DNA of 64,000 nucleotides from Microbulbifer sp. (GCF_051659245.1 NZ_JBOFOC010000025.1:841-64840); one strand, 5' to 3'; positions 18,995-30,231 are shown, numbered from the stretch's first letter. Numbers and translations are program-made. Notes: a model not told the origin generated them from the letters alone.

Positions 18995-19401
18995 GGATAC
19001 TCTTCGCCGGGCCGGCTTCCGCCACCCGAACCCGGGAACTCCCGGACACCGTAGGAGCGGGCGAGGTCGCGCTTGCGCCGCGACATGCCGAGCAGCTTGT
19101 ACAGCTCCTCCCGCCTTTCCAGCAGACTGCGGCGAATCTCCACATCCTGCTCCAGGATCCGCTCGAGCAGGTCGGCTTTGCGGCCTCGCTCCTCGCCGCT
19201 GAGCGAGAAGCCACCCTCAGCCTTGGAGATCGATTCCACCTCGACGACATAGCAGGATTGCTCCTCGACCAGGGCAAACCAGTCCCGCTCGCGCACGCAG
19301 GCGAGCATTCGGGTGGAGCGCGCCAGCAGACTTTCGTAGGCCGCCAGCAATCGCTCCGGCGAGGACAGCGGGCCGTCCCACCTGGAAGTCAAGTTCTTCA
19401 T
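18991..19401 (-). CDS. fliT: Flagellar chaperone FliT
   Basis: YESLLARSTRML...DWFALVEEQ; follows fliS. Confidence 0.8.
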   Translation of the reverse strand: MKNLTSRWDGPLSSPERLLAAYESLLARSTRMLACVRERDWFALVEEQSCYVVEVESISKAEGGFSLSGEERGRKADLLERILEQDVEIRRSLLERREELYKLLGMSRRKRDLARSYGVREFPGSGGGSRPGEEYP

Positions 19402-19820
19402 TGCTCCCCCTGTCTGCCTTGAGGGTCGATTTCACGCCAGGCGGACCCCAGGTCGCCGAGCAGGCGGCCGGCCTCTTCCAGCGCGGCCAGGTCGTCGTGC
19501 AGGTTGGCCTCGAGCAGCAAGCGGGCGATGTAGTCGTACAGCGACGCCATCCGCCCGGCCAACTCGCCGCCACGCTCGTGGTCGAGAGCGGCCAGCAGGC
19601 CGTTGTTGACGATGTCCAAGACCCGGGAAATGGCTCTGCCCTTCTCCGCCGCATTGCCATCGCGCAGGTGTATCGCGGCGGTGCGAATGCCGGTGTCAGC
19701 GCCGTCGAACAGCAGGGTTATCAATCGGTGGGGGCTGGCCGACATCACATCGCTTTCCACCCCAACCCGGACATAAGCGGCGGCGCCGCGGGCGCAGCCG
19801 GCGGTTCGAACTACATTCAT
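19398..19820 (-). CDS. fliS: Flagellin chaperone FliS
   Basis: SASPHRLITLLFDGA, LASLYDY-like motif, AWREI. Confidence 0.93.
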   Translation of the reverse strand: MNVVRTAGCARGAAAYVRVGVESDVMSASPHRLITLLFDGADTGIRTAAIHLRDGNAAEKGRAISRVLDIVNNGLLAALDHERGGELAGRMASLYDYIARLLLEANLHDDLAALEEAGRLLGDLGSAWREIDPQGRQGEQ

Positions 19821-19838
19821 GAATCCTGTCCTTATAAG

Positions 19839-21176
19839 TTATTGACTCAACTGCGCATTGAGCGACTCGAATTGCTGGGTCAGGTAACTACTGGTGGAGT
19901 TCATCTGTGCGATCAGGCTGTCCAGCTCGATAAACTGAGACCGGTAGCGGGCGATCGTCTGGTCGATTCGGTCCTCGGTGCGCCGGTAGCGCTCCTGGAG
20001 GTTCTCGATACTGGTTTCCAGGCCATCGGTGACGTTTTCCAGGGTGCCGCCGTCCTCGAGGATCGCATCCAGGGCGGTGTCGATGCGGGTGGCGAAAGCG
20101 CCGCCGCCGGCAAAGAAGTCGGACACTTCCCCGAGGCGGTTCGCCACCAAATCGTCCAGCGCTTCCTCGTTCAGTTCCAGAGTGCCGTCCACCTGCAGAC
20201 TGATACCCACTTCGGACAGGGTGTTCAGGCCACTTCCCTCCACGACCTGGCCCATCAGGCCGCGCAGCCGGGACTCCACACCGCGCACGGTGGCGTTGCC
20301 CAGCAGTGCCCCCGCGCTGCCGGATTCGGCGTTGTAGCCGGTCAGGCCGGACAGCGTGTCCTGCAGGTCGTTGTAAGCGGAGACGAAGGACTGGACGCTC
20401 TTGCCGATGGCCGCGCTGTCCCGGGCGATCTCCAGCGTCTCGGTGCCGGTCTCGGCAATATTCAGAGTGACGCCCTGGATGGCCCCCTCGACCCGGTTAC
20501 CCTGGCTTTCGATGGCGATACCATTTACCGTCAGTTGTGCATTGCGGGCCTGGACTTCGGTGGCCGCATCCAGGGCCAGGCTCCCACCCAGGCTGCCGAA
20601 ATCCACCGAAGCGATGGCCGCGTCGGTACCCGTTTCGGAGGAGGACAGGGCCAGGCGGTATGGCTGGCCGCTGCCGTCGTCGATGATCGACGCAGTGACA
20701 CCGGCATCCGCGTCGTTGATGGCATCGCGAATGCCCTCGAGGGAACTCTCGCTTTCGCTCACGTCGACGCTAAAGGAATCGCCGCTGCCCAGGGTAAAAC
20801 TGATAGTGCCCGCTCCGAGGGTCTCGGTCTTGTCCGCCAGGCCCGCGGTGGCGACGCTGTAGCTGCGGGCGTTATACACCACGTTTATGTCATAGCTGCC
20901 CACCACCGCTTCCTCGCCGGCGGAAACGGTGAGCGATTCCCCACTGACCTCGGCCTTCACGGCCCGGAAACTGTCCGCGTCGGCGAGTTCGGCCACGGCG
21001 TCCTGAAAGGAGGCCAGGGCATTCTCCAGCTTGCCGAAGGCGGAGATCTTCGCCTGGTAACTTTCCCGCTGCTGCGCGATCGGGTTCAGTTGCTGACGCT
21101 CCGCGGATTCCAACTGATCGAGAAGGCTGTTCAAATCCAGGCCGGACCCGATACCCAAAGATGAAATACTGGCCAT
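19839..21176 (-). CDS. fliD: Filament cap FliD
   Basis: MASISSLGIGSGLDL N-terminus; FIELDSLIAQMNSTSSYLTQQF C-terminus. Confidence 0.95.
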   Translation of the reverse strand: MASISSLGIGSGLDLNSLLDQLESAERQQLNPIAQQRESYQAKISAFGKLENALASFQDAVAELADADSFRAVKAEVSGESLTVSAGEEAVVGSYDINVVYNARSYSVATAGLADKTETLGAGTISFTLGSGDSFSVDVSESESSLEGIRDAINDADAGVTASIIDDGSGQPYRLALSSSETGTDAAIASVDFGSLGGSLALDAATEVQARNAQLTVNGIAIESQGNRVEGAIQGVTLNIAETGTETLEIARDSAAIGKSVQSFVSAYNDLQDTLSGLTGYNAESGSAGALLGNATVRGVESRLRGLMGQVVEGSGLNTLSEVGISLQVDGTLELNEEALDDLVANRLGEVSDFFAGGGAFATRIDTALDAILEDGGTLENVTDGLETSIENLQERYRRTEDRIDQTIARYRSQFIELDSLIAQMNSTSSYLTQQFESLNAQLSQ

Positions 21177-21266
21177 GTGCATCCCTTTAAAGCTTTCACA
21201 CACATTGTGGCGCACCGGAATGGTCGGAAACCGTCGATAAGGCCCGGCGACACCCGCTATTTCAGG

Positions 21267-21293
21267 CTATCGGCCCGGGCGGGCGGGACTTGA
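21267..21293 (-). promoter_or_regulatory. sigma28 promoter of fliDST
   Basis: TCAA-15 nt-GCCGATAG. Confidence 0.8.
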
Positions 21294-21477
21294 GGGCTCG
21301 CGCAGGAATAACTTCTGCATTCGAGCGCATCTGTGCCACGCCTGCGGCGTTGCACTTCTTGACAAGGGCACGCCATTGCCTGCGAAGTGCGCCTTGCCGG
21401 CGCGGCACAGCTGCGCTCTCGGTGCGACGAAGTTATTCCTGCGCGAGCCCTTAGTGGAAAAGTTTTTCGGCCATCCC

Positions 21478-21504
21478 TAAAGCAAATCGCAAAATCGCCG
21501 AAAG
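21478..21504 (+). promoter_or_regulatory. sigma28 promoter of fliC
   Basis: TAAA-15 nt-GCCGAAAG. Confidence 0.8.
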
Positions 21505-21567
21505 ACCGGATAACGGCCCGCGCCGTTGCCATACCAATCAAACGGTGAAACATCGAGGGACATCGAT

Positions 21568-22692
21568 ATGTCAGTAATCAACACCAACATCACGGCCATG
21601 ATCGGCCAACAGAACCTGGGCAAATCCCAGAACGCCCTGCAGACCTCCATGGAGCGACTGTCCTCCGGCCTGCGCATCAACAGCGCCGCCGACGACGCCG
21701 CCGGCCAGGCCATCGCCAACCGCATGAACGCCCAGATCACCGGCCTGGCCCAGGCCCAGCGCAACGCCAACGACGGCATCTCCGTGGCCCAGACCGCAGA
21801 GGGTGCCCTCAACCAGGTCAACGACAACCTGCAGCGCATCCGCGAACTGAGCGTGCAGGCCCAGAACGACACCAACTCCCAGAGCGACCTGAGCTCCATC
21901 CAGGACGAAATCAACCAGCGCCTGTCCGAGATAGACCGCATTTCCCAGGAAACCAACTTCAACGGCGTCAAGGTGCTCGCCGAAGACCAGGCCTTTTCCA
22001 TTCAGGTAGGCGCCAACGACGGCGAGCAGATAACCATGAACCTGAAGGAGATCAACGCCCAAACCCTGAGCCTGGACACCTTCAACGTAAACGGCTACGC
22101 CGGCGCCCTCACCGCAGCGGACGGCAACGGCGATACCTTTACCGCATCCGATTCCGGCCTGGACGTGACCTTCGACAGCGCCGGTGCCGCCAGCGGCACC
22201 GTTGCCACCGCCGTGACCATCGAAGACGCGGACGGCAACGCCGTCACCGGTGCCTTAGAGAAGGATGCCGACGGCAACTACTTCGTGACCGACGGCAACG
22301 GCGACACCTTCGCCGTCACTAACATCGAAGCCGTGAGCGACGGCGACGGCGACGGCACCGCCGACGACGCAGCCATCACTGTCACCGTTGACGCAGACAT
22401 CGCCCTATCGCAGAGATCCGCCAACCCGCTGTCCAGCCTGGACTCCGCACTGAGCAACGTGGACTCCCTGCGCTCCGACCTGGGTGCGATGCAGAACCGC
22501 TTCGAATCCGCAATCAACAACCTGAGCACAACGGAAACCAACCTGTCCGCGGCCCGCTCCCGCATCGAGGACGCCGACTACGCCGTGGAGGTATCCAACA
22601 TGACCCGGGCGCAGATCCTGCAGCAGGCCGGCACCTCCGTATTGGCCCAGGCCAACCAGGTACCCCAGAACGTTCTATCCCTCCTGGGGTAA
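21568..22692 (+). CDS. fliC: Flagellin
   Basis: INTN...[17 protein letters not shown] and LGAMQNRF...SRIEDADYA...[11 protein letters not shown] conserved termini. Confidence 0.97.
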   Translation: MSVINTNITAMIGQQNLGKSQNALQTSMERLSSGLRINSAADDAAGQAIANRMNAQITGLAQAQRNANDGISVAQTAEGALNQVNDNLQRIRELSVQAQNDTNSQSDLSSIQDEINQRLSEIDRISQETNFNGVKVLAEDQAFSIQVGANDGEQITMNLKEINAQTLSLDTFNVNGYAGALTAADGNGDTFTASDSGLDVTFDSAGAASGTVATAVTIEDADGNAVTGALEKDADGNYFVTDGNGDTFAVTNIEAVSDGDGDGTADDAAITVTVDADIALSQRSANPLSSLDSALSNVDSLRSDLGAMQNRFESAINNLSTTETNLSAARSRIEDADYAVEVSNMTRAQILQQAGTSVLAQANQVPQNVLSLLG

Positions 22693-22702
22693 CGCGTGCG
22701 CT

Positions 22703-22755
22703 AAGGGGCGCCCTGCGCCCCTTTTTCGGCCCCCTTGCGGGGCCTTTTTCTTTTC
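22703..22755 (+). terminator. Tandem terminator hairpins after fliC
   Basis: AAGGGGCGCCCTGCGCCCCTTTTT and GGCCCCTTGCGGGGCCTTTTT. Confidence 0.8.
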
Positions 22756-22803
22756 AAATATCCCACTTCCTCACAGCACCGTGAAAGCCGGGTTTCCATT
22801 ACC

Positions 22804-22830
22804 TAAAGCTCCCAACGAAACAGCCGATAC
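22804..22830 (+). promoter_or_regulatory. sigma28 promoter of flaG
   Basis: TAAA-15 nt-GCCGATAC. Confidence 0.8.
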
Positions 22831-22875
22831 TCCAAACAGACCGTAACAACCCTGCTCAAAGGAAGAGATACAACC

Positions 22876-23232
22876 ATGGCCAGCCCGGTGGACAACAACA
22901 CCGCCTCCCCTCTGCCCTCCCAGTTCTCCTACCTGTCCGCCCGCCAGCGAGTGGAAAGAGTGCTCGCCCAGCTGTCATCCGCCGGGGAGAGCGCTCCGGA
23001 AATCCGCGCCGCGGCGAAGGAAGAGCTGGTGAAACCGATCCAACAGGTCAATGAGGTACTGCGCCCCTACGGAGTGCAATTCGAAATCAGCGAGGATTCC
23101 GGACGCACCGTCATCCTGCTGGTGGATCGGGAGAACGGAGAGCTGATCCGGCAGATTCCCCCGGAGGAAGCGCTGAATGCGGCCCAACGCCAGGAGGAAG
23201 TCAGGGGGCGGTTGCTGAGCCTGGAGGCCTGA
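22876..23232 (+). CDS. flaG: FlaG family protein
   Basis: VQFEISEDSGRTVILLVDRENGELIRQIPPEE motif. Confidence 0.85.
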   Translation: MASPVDNNTASPLPSQFSYLSARQRVERVLAQLSSAGESAPEIRAAAKEELVKPIQQVNEVLRPYGVQFEISEDSGRTVILLVDRENGELIRQIPPEEALNAAQRQEEVRGRLLSLEA

Positions 23233-23251
23233 TTCGGCGCTCCGCGATAAC

Positions 23252-23314
23252 AGACTAAGTTAAGCAATTAATTCATTGATGCAGGATGGGCAAGGCGCAG
23301 CGTGCCCATCCTAC
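23252..23314. repeat. Single REP (GGATGGGCA type) with outer-end remnant
   Basis: GCAGGATGGGCAAGGCGCAGCGTGCCCATCCTAC preceded by ACTAAGTTAAGC. Confidence 0.65.
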
Positions 23315-23345
23315 GCACTACAACGCCAGCAGCCCGGGCGCCCTC

Positions 23346-23663
23346 TTATATCTGCATATTCATCACATCCTTGTAAGCGTTCACCAGCCGGTTGCGTACC
23401 TGCACGCCCATTTCAAAGGCGATGCCGGCCTTCTGGCTGGCAATCATCACATCGTGCAGGGCCACGCCGGGCTCCCCGGCCTGGAAGGCGCGGCTCATTT
23501 CGCCGCTCAAACTCTGCAATCCGTTGATGCGCTCCAGGCTGCCGCGCAGGGCATCGGCAAAACCGCCGCCCTCCACCTGGAAATTCCCACCCGGGGAGTC
23601 CACGACCTCGCGGGTGAGAGGCTTCATCTGTTCCAGTGTGCGGTCGATCCCGGGCGTACTCAT
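23346..23663 (-). CDS. fliE: Hook-basal body protein FliE
   Basis: LHDVMIASQKA.IAF.M.VQVRNRLV.AYKDVMNMQI. Confidence 0.93.
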   Translation of the reverse strand: MSTPGIDRTLEQMKPLTREVVDSPGGNFQVEGGGFADALRGSLERINGLQSLSGEMSRAFQAGEPGVALHDVMIASQKAGIAFEMGVQVRNRLVNAYKDVMNMQI

Positions 23664-23910
23664 AGCGTTGTCAACTTTTCCCAATTTCGACGCAAAGGTA
23701 CCAGCGCCCGGCCCGCACCCAAGCAGCCAATTGACGACAAAAAAATGGCTTTTTCTCTCCTTTGCCCGAATGGCACCCCGCCATAATTCCACGCTGAGTC
23801 AGGACCCGCCCGGAGGCGGATGCATCAGGATCCAATAAAGCAGCAATGGCTTTTCGCAACCGACCCGAGCGCCGCAACACTTTTTCATCCAATTGCCGGA
23901 AGGCATCGGC

Positions 23911-25572
23911 GTGAGCGGTGCCGTTCACTCCGCAAAGGAGGCGGCGTCCGCAGCGAAGCAACTCCCGGGCCGGCTTCTCTCCAACCCGCTGATTCCCCTG
24001 CTGGTGGCCGGCGCGGCCGGGATCGCCGTGGTAGCGGTACTGCTGATGTGGGCTGGTGCCCCGGAGTACCGGGTACTCTACAGCAACCTGGGGGAATCCG
24101 ACGGCGGCCGCATTATCGGCGAACTGGAAAGCCGCGGCATTCCCTACGAGTTCAGCCAGGGCGGCCGCACCCTTCTGGTTCCCGGCGACCAGGTGTACAG
24201 GCTGCGCCTGCAACTGGCCGAGCAGGGGCTGCCCGAAGGAGGCAACGCAGGCTTTGAAATCATGGACCGGCAGGCGTTCGGCATCAGCCAGTTCGCCGAG
24301 CAGGTAAATTTCCAGCGCGGCCTGCAGGGCGAACTGGCCGGCTCCATCGAATCCCTGGGGCCGGTGTCCAGGGCTCGGGTGCACCTGGCCATGGCCAAGC
24401 CCTCCGTATTTATCCGCGACCGGGAACCGGCCAAAGCCTCGGTGATACTGACCCTGCAGCCGGGCCGCAGCCTCAGCCGGGGGCAAGTGAACGCCGTCGT
24501 GCATCTGGTTTCCAGCAGTGTGCCGGAATTGGCGATGGAGAATGTCACCGTGGTGGACCAGGCCGGCCGCCTGCTGTCCCGCTTGGGCGCCAGCGACGGT
24601 CTGGACGACACCCAACTGGACTATGTGCGGGAAGTCGAGCACCGCTACCAACAGCGCATCGAAAACATCCTCGCGCCGATCCTCGGCCGCGACAATGTGC
24701 GCGCCCAGGTGGCAGCGCAGATCGACTTCAACCGCCGCGAGGAAACCAGCGAACGCTACGCCCCCAACCAGGACGACAATCCGGCAGCGGTGCGCAGCGC
24801 CCGCAACAACGTGTACCTCGACGGCGATACCTCCATGGCCACGGGAATTCCCGGCGCCCTGACCAACACCCCGCCCGGCGCCGCCGCCTCCCCCATCCAA
24901 CAGACCGACGAAGAGACGCAGGCCGAGGCCCCCGGCGACAGCGGGCGCCTGCGTCGGGAAAACCTGATCAATTACGAAGTGGACCGCAACGTCACCCATA
25001 TCCGGCACCAGTACGGCCGGATCGAGCGGCTGTCGGTCGCAGTGGTGGTGGACTACCGCGAAACCGATGCCGCCGGCGGCGAACCGGCGCCGCTGTCCGC
25101 GGAGGAACTGCAGCACATCGGGCAACTCGCCCGCCAGGCCATGGGCTATTCCGGGGACCGCGGCGACAGCCTGGAAGTGGTCAACAGCCCCTTCACCGAA
25201 CGCGAAGTCGTCGAAGTGAAAACCGTCTGGTGGGAAAACCCCTTCTGGCAGCATTTCCTACTCAGCCTCGGCCGCTACCTGCTCGCCGGCCTGGCGGCGC
25301 TGCTGCTGTTGTTGTGGGTGGTGCGCCCGATGGTCGAGCGCTACCTCCGGCAGCGGCCGGAACCCGCCCGCACCCGTCCGGCCCCGGCCGCCGCGCCCGC
25401 GGTCAAAGCCGTCGCCGGGGATGAGGGCGAAGAAGAAAACCCACCGCCACCACGCCGCCGGCGGCGCTCCTCGGCCTACCAGCAGAACCTGAAGGACCTC
25501 CAGGAAATGGCCGGGGAAGACCCCGCCATGGTGGCCACGATCGTGCGCAGTTGGATGAACCGCAGTGACTGA
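23911..25572 (+). CDS. fliF: MS-ring protein FliF
   Basis: GFEIMDRQAFGISQF.EQVNFQR.LQGEL, ARVHLA; two TM segments. GTG start chosen. Confidence 0.95.
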   Translation: MSGAVHSAKEAASAAKQLPGRLLSNPLIPLLVAGAAGIAVVAVLLMWAGAPEYRVLYSNLGESDGGRIIGELESRGIPYEFSQGGRTLLVPGDQVYRLRLQLAEQGLPEGGNAGFEIMDRQAFGISQFAEQVNFQRGLQGELAGSIESLGPVSRARVHLAMAKPSVFIRDREPAKASVILTLQPGRSLSRGQVNAVVHLVSSSVPELAMENVTVVDQAGRLLSRLGASDGLDDTQLDYVREVEHRYQQRIENILAPILGRDNVRAQVAAQIDFNRREETSERYAPNQDDNPAAVRSARNNVYLDGDTSMATGIPGALTNTPPGAAASPIQQTDEETQAEAPGDSGRLRRENLINYEVDRNVTHIRHQYGRIERLSVAVVVDYRETDAAGGEPAPLSAEELQHIGQLARQAMGYSGDRGDSLEVVNSPFTEREVVEVKTVWWENPFWQHFLLSLGRYLLAGLAALLLLLWVVRPMVERYLRQRPEPARTRPAPAAAPAVKAVAGDEGEEENPPPPRRRRRSSAYQQNLKDLQEMAGEDPAMVATIVRSWMNRSD

Positions 25573-26569
25573 TCAACCATATCTGAGCAACGTGCGCCGC
25601 AGCGCGATTCTTCTGCTGGCCCTGGACGAGGACAGCGCCGCCGAGGTGTTCAAGCATTTGTCCGCGCGGGAAGTACAGGAAATCAGCCAGGCAATGGCCT
25701 CATTGAACAGCGTCTCCCATGAGGAAATGCGCCGGGTGCTGGAAGACTTCCACGAAGAGTCCGGCGAATTCACCGCGCTCAACCTCTACTCCAGCGAACA
25801 CATCCGCTCGGTGCTCACCAAGGCGCTGGGCAACGAACGGGCCGCCAGCCTGCTTGAGGACATCCTTGAGCAGAGCAGCGCCGAATCCGGTATCGACGCC
25901 CTCAACCTGATGGAGGCCAACGTGGTTGCCGAGATGATCCGCGACGAACATCCGCAGATCATCGCCACCATCCTGGTGCACCTGGAGCGCCGCCAGGCCT
26001 CCGCGGTGCTCGAACAGTTCGAGGACAAACTGCGCGACGACGTGGTGCTGCGCATCGCCACCTTCAGCGGTGTACAGCCCGCCGCGCTGCAGGAACTCAC
26101 CGAGGTACTCGGCAGTATGCTCGACGGCCCCAACCTCAAGCGCAGCAAGATGGGCGGCGCGCGCACCGCCGCCGAGATTCTCAACCTGATGAACTCCAGC
26201 GCCGAGGAAACGGTAATCGACGGAGTGCGTGCCCACAGTGAGGACCTGGCGCAGAAGATCATCGACGAGATGTTCCTGTTCGAAAACCTGCTCGACCTGG
26301 ACGATCACGCCATCCAACTGCTGCTCAAAGAGATCAACAGCCGGTCCCTGATGGTGGCGCTCAAGGGATGCAACGAAAAACTCGTGGACAAATTCCTGCG
26401 CAATATGTCCACCCGCGCCGGCACCCTGCTGCGTGAGGAGATGGAGGCCAGCGGCCCGATCCGCATATCCCAGGTGGAAAGCGAGCAGAAGGCGATCCTG
26501 CAGACGGCGCGCCGCCTGGCGGACAGCGGGGAGATAGTGCTCAGCGGCGGAGACGACGCCTATGTCTGA
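25565..26569 (+). CDS. fliG: Motor switch protein FliG
   Basis: EHPQIIATILVHL, EMFLFENL, NMS.RA motifs. Confidence 0.96.
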   Translation: MTDQPYLSNVRRSAILLLALDEDSAAEVFKHLSAREVQEISQAMASLNSVSHEEMRRVLEDFHEESGEFTALNLYSSEHIRSVLTKALGNERAASLLEDILEQSSAESGIDALNLMEANVVAEMIRDEHPQIIATILVHLERRQASAVLEQFEDKLRDDVVLRIATFSGVQPAALQELTEVLGSMLDGPNLKRSKMGGARTAAEILNLMNSSAEETVIDGVRAHSEDLAQKIIDEMFLFENLLDLDDHAIQLLLKEINSRSLMVALKGCNEKLVDKFLRNMSTRAGTLLREEMEASGPIRISQVESEQKAILQTARRLADSGEIVLSGGDDAYV

Positions 26570-27236
26570 TACCTGGCGCCGCTGGAGCATGGGCGAACTG
26601 AGCGGCGGGCACGACGGCGGCCTGGCGGTGGACCGGCGCGAGACGGAACTGGAGGCCCTGCGGGAGGAAACCCGCGAGCGGGCCCGCCTGGAGGGCTGGG
26701 AAGCAGGTTTCCAAGCGGGTCGGGAGGAAGGTCTCGCCCGGGGCTTCGAAGAGGGGCGCCGCGCCGGCGAGGAAGAGAGCGCCCGCCGGCGGCGGGAACT
26801 CCTGGAACCCCTGGCCGGACTGGCACAGGGCTTCAGCGAAGCCCTCTCCCGGCTCGACGAAGAGATAGCCGCCGACCTGGTGGACCTGGCCCTGGCCACG
26901 GGCAGGCAACTGGCCGGCGATGCACTCCGGGAGCACCCGGAACAGATTCTGGACCTGGTCCGGGCACTGCTCCGCGAAGAGCCCCTGCTTGGCGACGGGC
27001 CCCGCCTGTGGCTGCACCCGGAGGACCTGTCGCTGGCGGAAGCGGAGCTGGGCCGCGAACTCGCCGCCGCCGGCTGGAAACTCTGTCCAGATCCCCGCCT
27101 CCGGCGCGGCGGCTGTCGGGTGAGCGGCGCCGCCGGGGAACTGGACGCCAGTTGGGAAAACCGCTGGCAGGAACTGCGGGAACAGGTGCGCCGCCCGCCC
27201 CCCCGACCGGAAACCGCCGGGGAGGGCAGCCTGTGA
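26562..27236 (+). CDS. fliH: Export protein FliH
   Basis: GxxxG repeats, [13 protein letters not shown]; between fliG and fliI. Confidence 0.88.
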   Translation: MSDTWRRWSMGELSGGHDGGLAVDRRETELEALREETRERARLEGWEAGFQAGREEGLARGFEEGRRAGEEESARRRRELLEPLAGLAQGFSEALSRLDEEIAADLVDLALATGRQLAGDALREHPEQILDLVRALLREEPLLGDGPRLWLHPEDLSLAEAELGRELAAAGWKLCPDPRLRRGGCRVSGAAGELDASWENRWQELREQVRRPPPRPETAGEGSL

Positions 27237-28612
27237 CGGCTTGCGCGCCCCTCCACCGGGCACAGTGGCGCCGGGCCCTGCGGGGCGCGACCGCCCGCGT
27301 CGAGGCCGCCCCCCGCTACCGCGCCAGCGGCCGGGTGGTGCGCGCCACCGGTCTGGTTCTGGAAGCGGTGGGCCTGAAGGCTCCCCTCGGCAGCGGCTGC
27401 CGCATCGAGCTGTCTCCCGCCGGCAGTGGTGCGCCGGCTATCGCTGAAGCGGAGGTGGTGGGCTTTTCCGGCGACCGGCTGTTCCTGATGCCACTGGAGG
27501 AAATCGGCGGCCTGGCGCCCGGCGCGCGGGTATTTCCGCTCCGCGCGGGCGGCGTCTGGGCGCGCCGCTTTCCCCTCGGCGAGGCCCTGCTGGGGCGGGT
27601 GGTGGACGGCAGCGGCCGCCCGCTGGACGGGGGCGAATCCCTCGCCGGCCGGGACTGCGGCACCCTGGCCGCGGCACCGCTCAACCCGCTGGCGCGCCCC
27701 CCCATCCACACCGGGATCGATGTGGGCATCCGCGCCATCAACAGCCTCCTCAGCATCGGCCGTGGCCAGCGCATGGGCCTGTTCGCCGGCTCCGGCGTGG
27801 GCAAGTCCGTGCTGCTGGGCATGATGGCCCGCTATACCAGCGCCGACGTCATCGTGGTCGGGCTGATCGGCGAGCGGGGGCGGGAAGTGAAGGACTTTAT
27901 CGACAATATTCTCGGCGGGGAGGGCCGGCGCCGCTCGGTGGTGGTGGCCGCACCAGCGGACACCTCGCCGCTGCAGCGCCTGCAGGGCGCCGCCTACGCC
28001 ACCCGGGTGGCGGAACACTTCCGCGATGCGGGAAAGAGTGTGCTGCTGATCATGGACTCCCTCACCCGCTATGCCATGGCCCAGCGGGAGATCGCCCTGG
28101 CCATCGGCGAGCCGCCGGCCACCAAGGGCTATCCGCCCTCGGTGTTCGCCAAACTGCCGGGCCTGGTGGAGCGCGCCGGTAACGGCGAGAACGGCGGCTC
28201 CATCACCGCGTTTTACACAGTGCTCACCGAGGGCGACGACCAGCAGGACCCCATCGCCGACTCCGCCCGCGCCATCCTCGACGGGCACATAGTGCTGTCG
28301 CGGGCGCTGGCGGAGGCCGGGCATTACCCGGCTATCGATATCGAGGCTTCCGTCAGCCGCGCCATGACCGCCATAGCGGACGGCGACTGCCAGCGCCGGG
28401 CCCGGCAGTTCAAACAGCTCTTCTCTCGCTACCAACGCAACCGGGACCTGATCGGCGTCGGCGCCTACACCCCCGGCCTCGATCCGCAACTGGACCGGGC
28501 GGTGCAGTTGTACCCGGAAATGGAAAGGTTTCTGCAGCAGGACATCGGCGAGCGCGCCGGCATCGAGGATTCACAGCGGGCCCTGGCGGCCCTGCTCGGA
28601 GGCGAACAATGA
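27233..28612 (+). CDS. fliI: Export ATPase FliI
   Basis: Walker [31 protein letters not shown]. Confidence 0.95.
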   Translation: MTACAPLHRAQWRRALRGATARVEAAPRYRASGRVVRATGLVLEAVGLKAPLGSGCRIELSPAGSGAPAIAEAEVVGFSGDRLFLMPLEEIGGLAPGARVFPLRAGGVWARRFPLGEALLGRVVDGSGRPLDGGESLAGRDCGTLAAAPLNPLARPPIHTGIDVGIRAINSLLSIGRGQRMGLFAGSGVGKSVLLGMMARYTSADVIVVGLIGERGREVKDFIDNILGGEGRRRSVVVAAPADTSPLQRLQGAAYATRVAEHFRDAGKSVLLIMDSLTRYAMAQREIALAIGEPPATKGYPPSVFAKLPGLVERAGNGENGGSITAFYTVLTEGDDQQDPIADSARAILDGHIVLSRALAEAGHYPAIDIEASVSRAMTAIADGDCQRRARQFKQLFSRYQRNRDLIGVGAYTPGLDPQLDRAVQLYPEMERFLQQDIGERAGIEDSQRALAALLGGEQ

Positions 28613-29070
28613 GTACAAACCCGCTGGACACCCTGATCGAACGGAGCCGCAGGGCCCGCGACGGCGCCGGCCGCCTGCTCGCCGAAGAGCGGCGCAGCCG
28701 GGAACAGACCGCGGCGCAACTGGAAACCCTGCAGCAGTACCAGCAGGAGTACCGCCGGCATCTGCAGGAAGCCATGGGCCGGGGCATCAGCGCCGCCGCC
28801 CTGGGCGACTACAGCCTCTTCATCCGCTCCCTCGACAGCGCCATCGCCCGCGCCCGCGACACCCTGGATCAGCAGGGCGAAAGGGTGACCGCCAGCCAGC
28901 GACAGTGGCAACAGCGCCAGCGCCAATTGTCCTCCTACAACACCCTGGCGGCCCGCCGGGCGGAAGGCGAGCGCCACCTGGCGCAGAGGCTCGAGCGCCG
29001 CCAGGCGGATGAAATGGCCCAAAACATGCTCGCCCGGCGCCCGCGGGCGGATGACCGGACCCCCGCATAG
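28609..29070 (+). CDS. fliJ: Export chaperone FliJ
   Basis: Coiled coil, [19 protein letters not shown]-type C-terminus; after fliI. Confidence 0.88.
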   Translation: MSTNPLDTLIERSRRARDGAGRLLAEERRSREQTAAQLETLQQYQQEYRRHLQEAMGRGISAAALGDYSLFIRSLDSAIARARDTLDQQGERVTASQRQWQQRQRQLSSYNTLAARRAEGERHLAQRLERRQADEMAQNMLARRPRADDRTPA

Positions 29071-29080
29071 GAGACAGACC

Positions 29081-30196
29081 GTGGAAATCACCGCACTGCT
29101 TACCCAGGTGCAGCCGAAGACTGGCGACACCGGTTCCCCCGAAACCACCGGGGAAGATACGTCCTTTATCCATATCCTCCAGGCCGCTGCCGGCGACACG
29201 GGCAAGACACTACCGGCGAGCCCTGCTTTCGGAACCGGGGGCAGCAACCGGCCGGCGGCAGAAGAAATCGCCCCGCGGGATATCACCGCCGACCCGCTTC
29301 GCGCCGGCAACATTCCGGCCGCTGCACCGGAGGACACCCCCGAAGACGCCGCCCCAAAACAGGACGACGGGGAAACCGCGGGCGCGGATACCGCCCCCGC
29401 GGCCCCGGTTACCACTGCCGCCGTCACCAACCCGGGCGGCGGAGAAAGCCTCCCGCCCCGGTCGGATTCACCCATCCCCGGAGGCAGGGCGCAGGCCCCG
29501 CGCGGAGACGACCGTCACCAACGTGCCCCGACCGACGCGGAACCGGCGCCCGCATCCACCCCAGTCGCTCCGGGCACCACCCGGAATACCGGCTTCCAGG
29601 CGGCGGACAGCGCCGCCGCCGGCGCGATCACGAACCCGGCCCCCGCCGAACCTCCCGTCGTTCCCGGCGGCACAGCGGCGGAAGCCCCCCCGGCGAACAC
29701 CGCCGCCAGTTCCGGCGGACCGGCCGCGGCCCCCGCGCCGGAGGCCCCCCGAACCAGCGCCCCGCAGGCCACCCTGCAGGCCCCGGTGGCCAGCCAACCC
29801 TGGCAGCAGGAACTCGGCCGGCAAGTGGTCGAACTGGTCCAGCGCGGTGAGGATCGGATGAAGCTGCGCCTCAACCCGCGCGAACTGGGCCCGCTGTCGG
29901 TGAACCTGAAGGTGGACGACCAGGGTGCCCAGGCACAGTTCTTCTCCGCCCACGCCGCAGTGCGCGGCGCGGTGGAACAGGCCATCCCACAGCTGCGCGA
30001 AGCCCTGGCCCAGCAGGGCATCGCCCTCGGTGAGGCCAGTGTGGGCGAACAGCGGCAGCAGTCCGGACAGCGGGAAGCCGCCGGCCAGAGCCACGGCGAA
30101 GGGCCGGCCGGCGACACGGAAACCGGGCGCAAGGCCGTACCACCCACTCATGTGGCAGTTGCACCCGCAACCGGCGGCGTGGACCTCTATGCCTGA
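29081..30196 (+). CDS. fliK: Hook-length control protein FliK
   Basis: Pro/Ala/Thr-rich N-terminal half; LRLNPRELGPLSV..AIPQLREALAQQGIALGEASV. Confidence 0.9.
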   Translation: MEITALLTQVQPKTGDTGSPETTGEDTSFIHILQAAAGDTGKTLPASPAFGTGGSNRPAAEEIAPRDITADPLRAGNIPAAAPEDTPEDAAPKQDDGETAGADTAPAAPVTTAAVTNPGGGESLPPRSDSPIPGGRAQAPRGDDRHQRAPTDAEPAPASTPVAPGTTRNTGFQAADSAAAGAITNPAPAEPPVVPGGTAAEAPPANTAASSGGPAAAPAPEAPRTSAPQATLQAPVASQPWQQELGRQVVELVQRGEDRMKLRLNPRELGPLSVNLKVDDQGAQAQFFSAHAAVRGAVEQAIPQLREALAQQGIALGEASVGEQRQQSGQREAAGQSHGEGPAGDTETGRKAVPPTHVAVAPATGGVDLYA

Positions 30197-30231
30197 GGAG
30201 AGAAGTCCGAATATGAGGACGAGAGCGCAGC

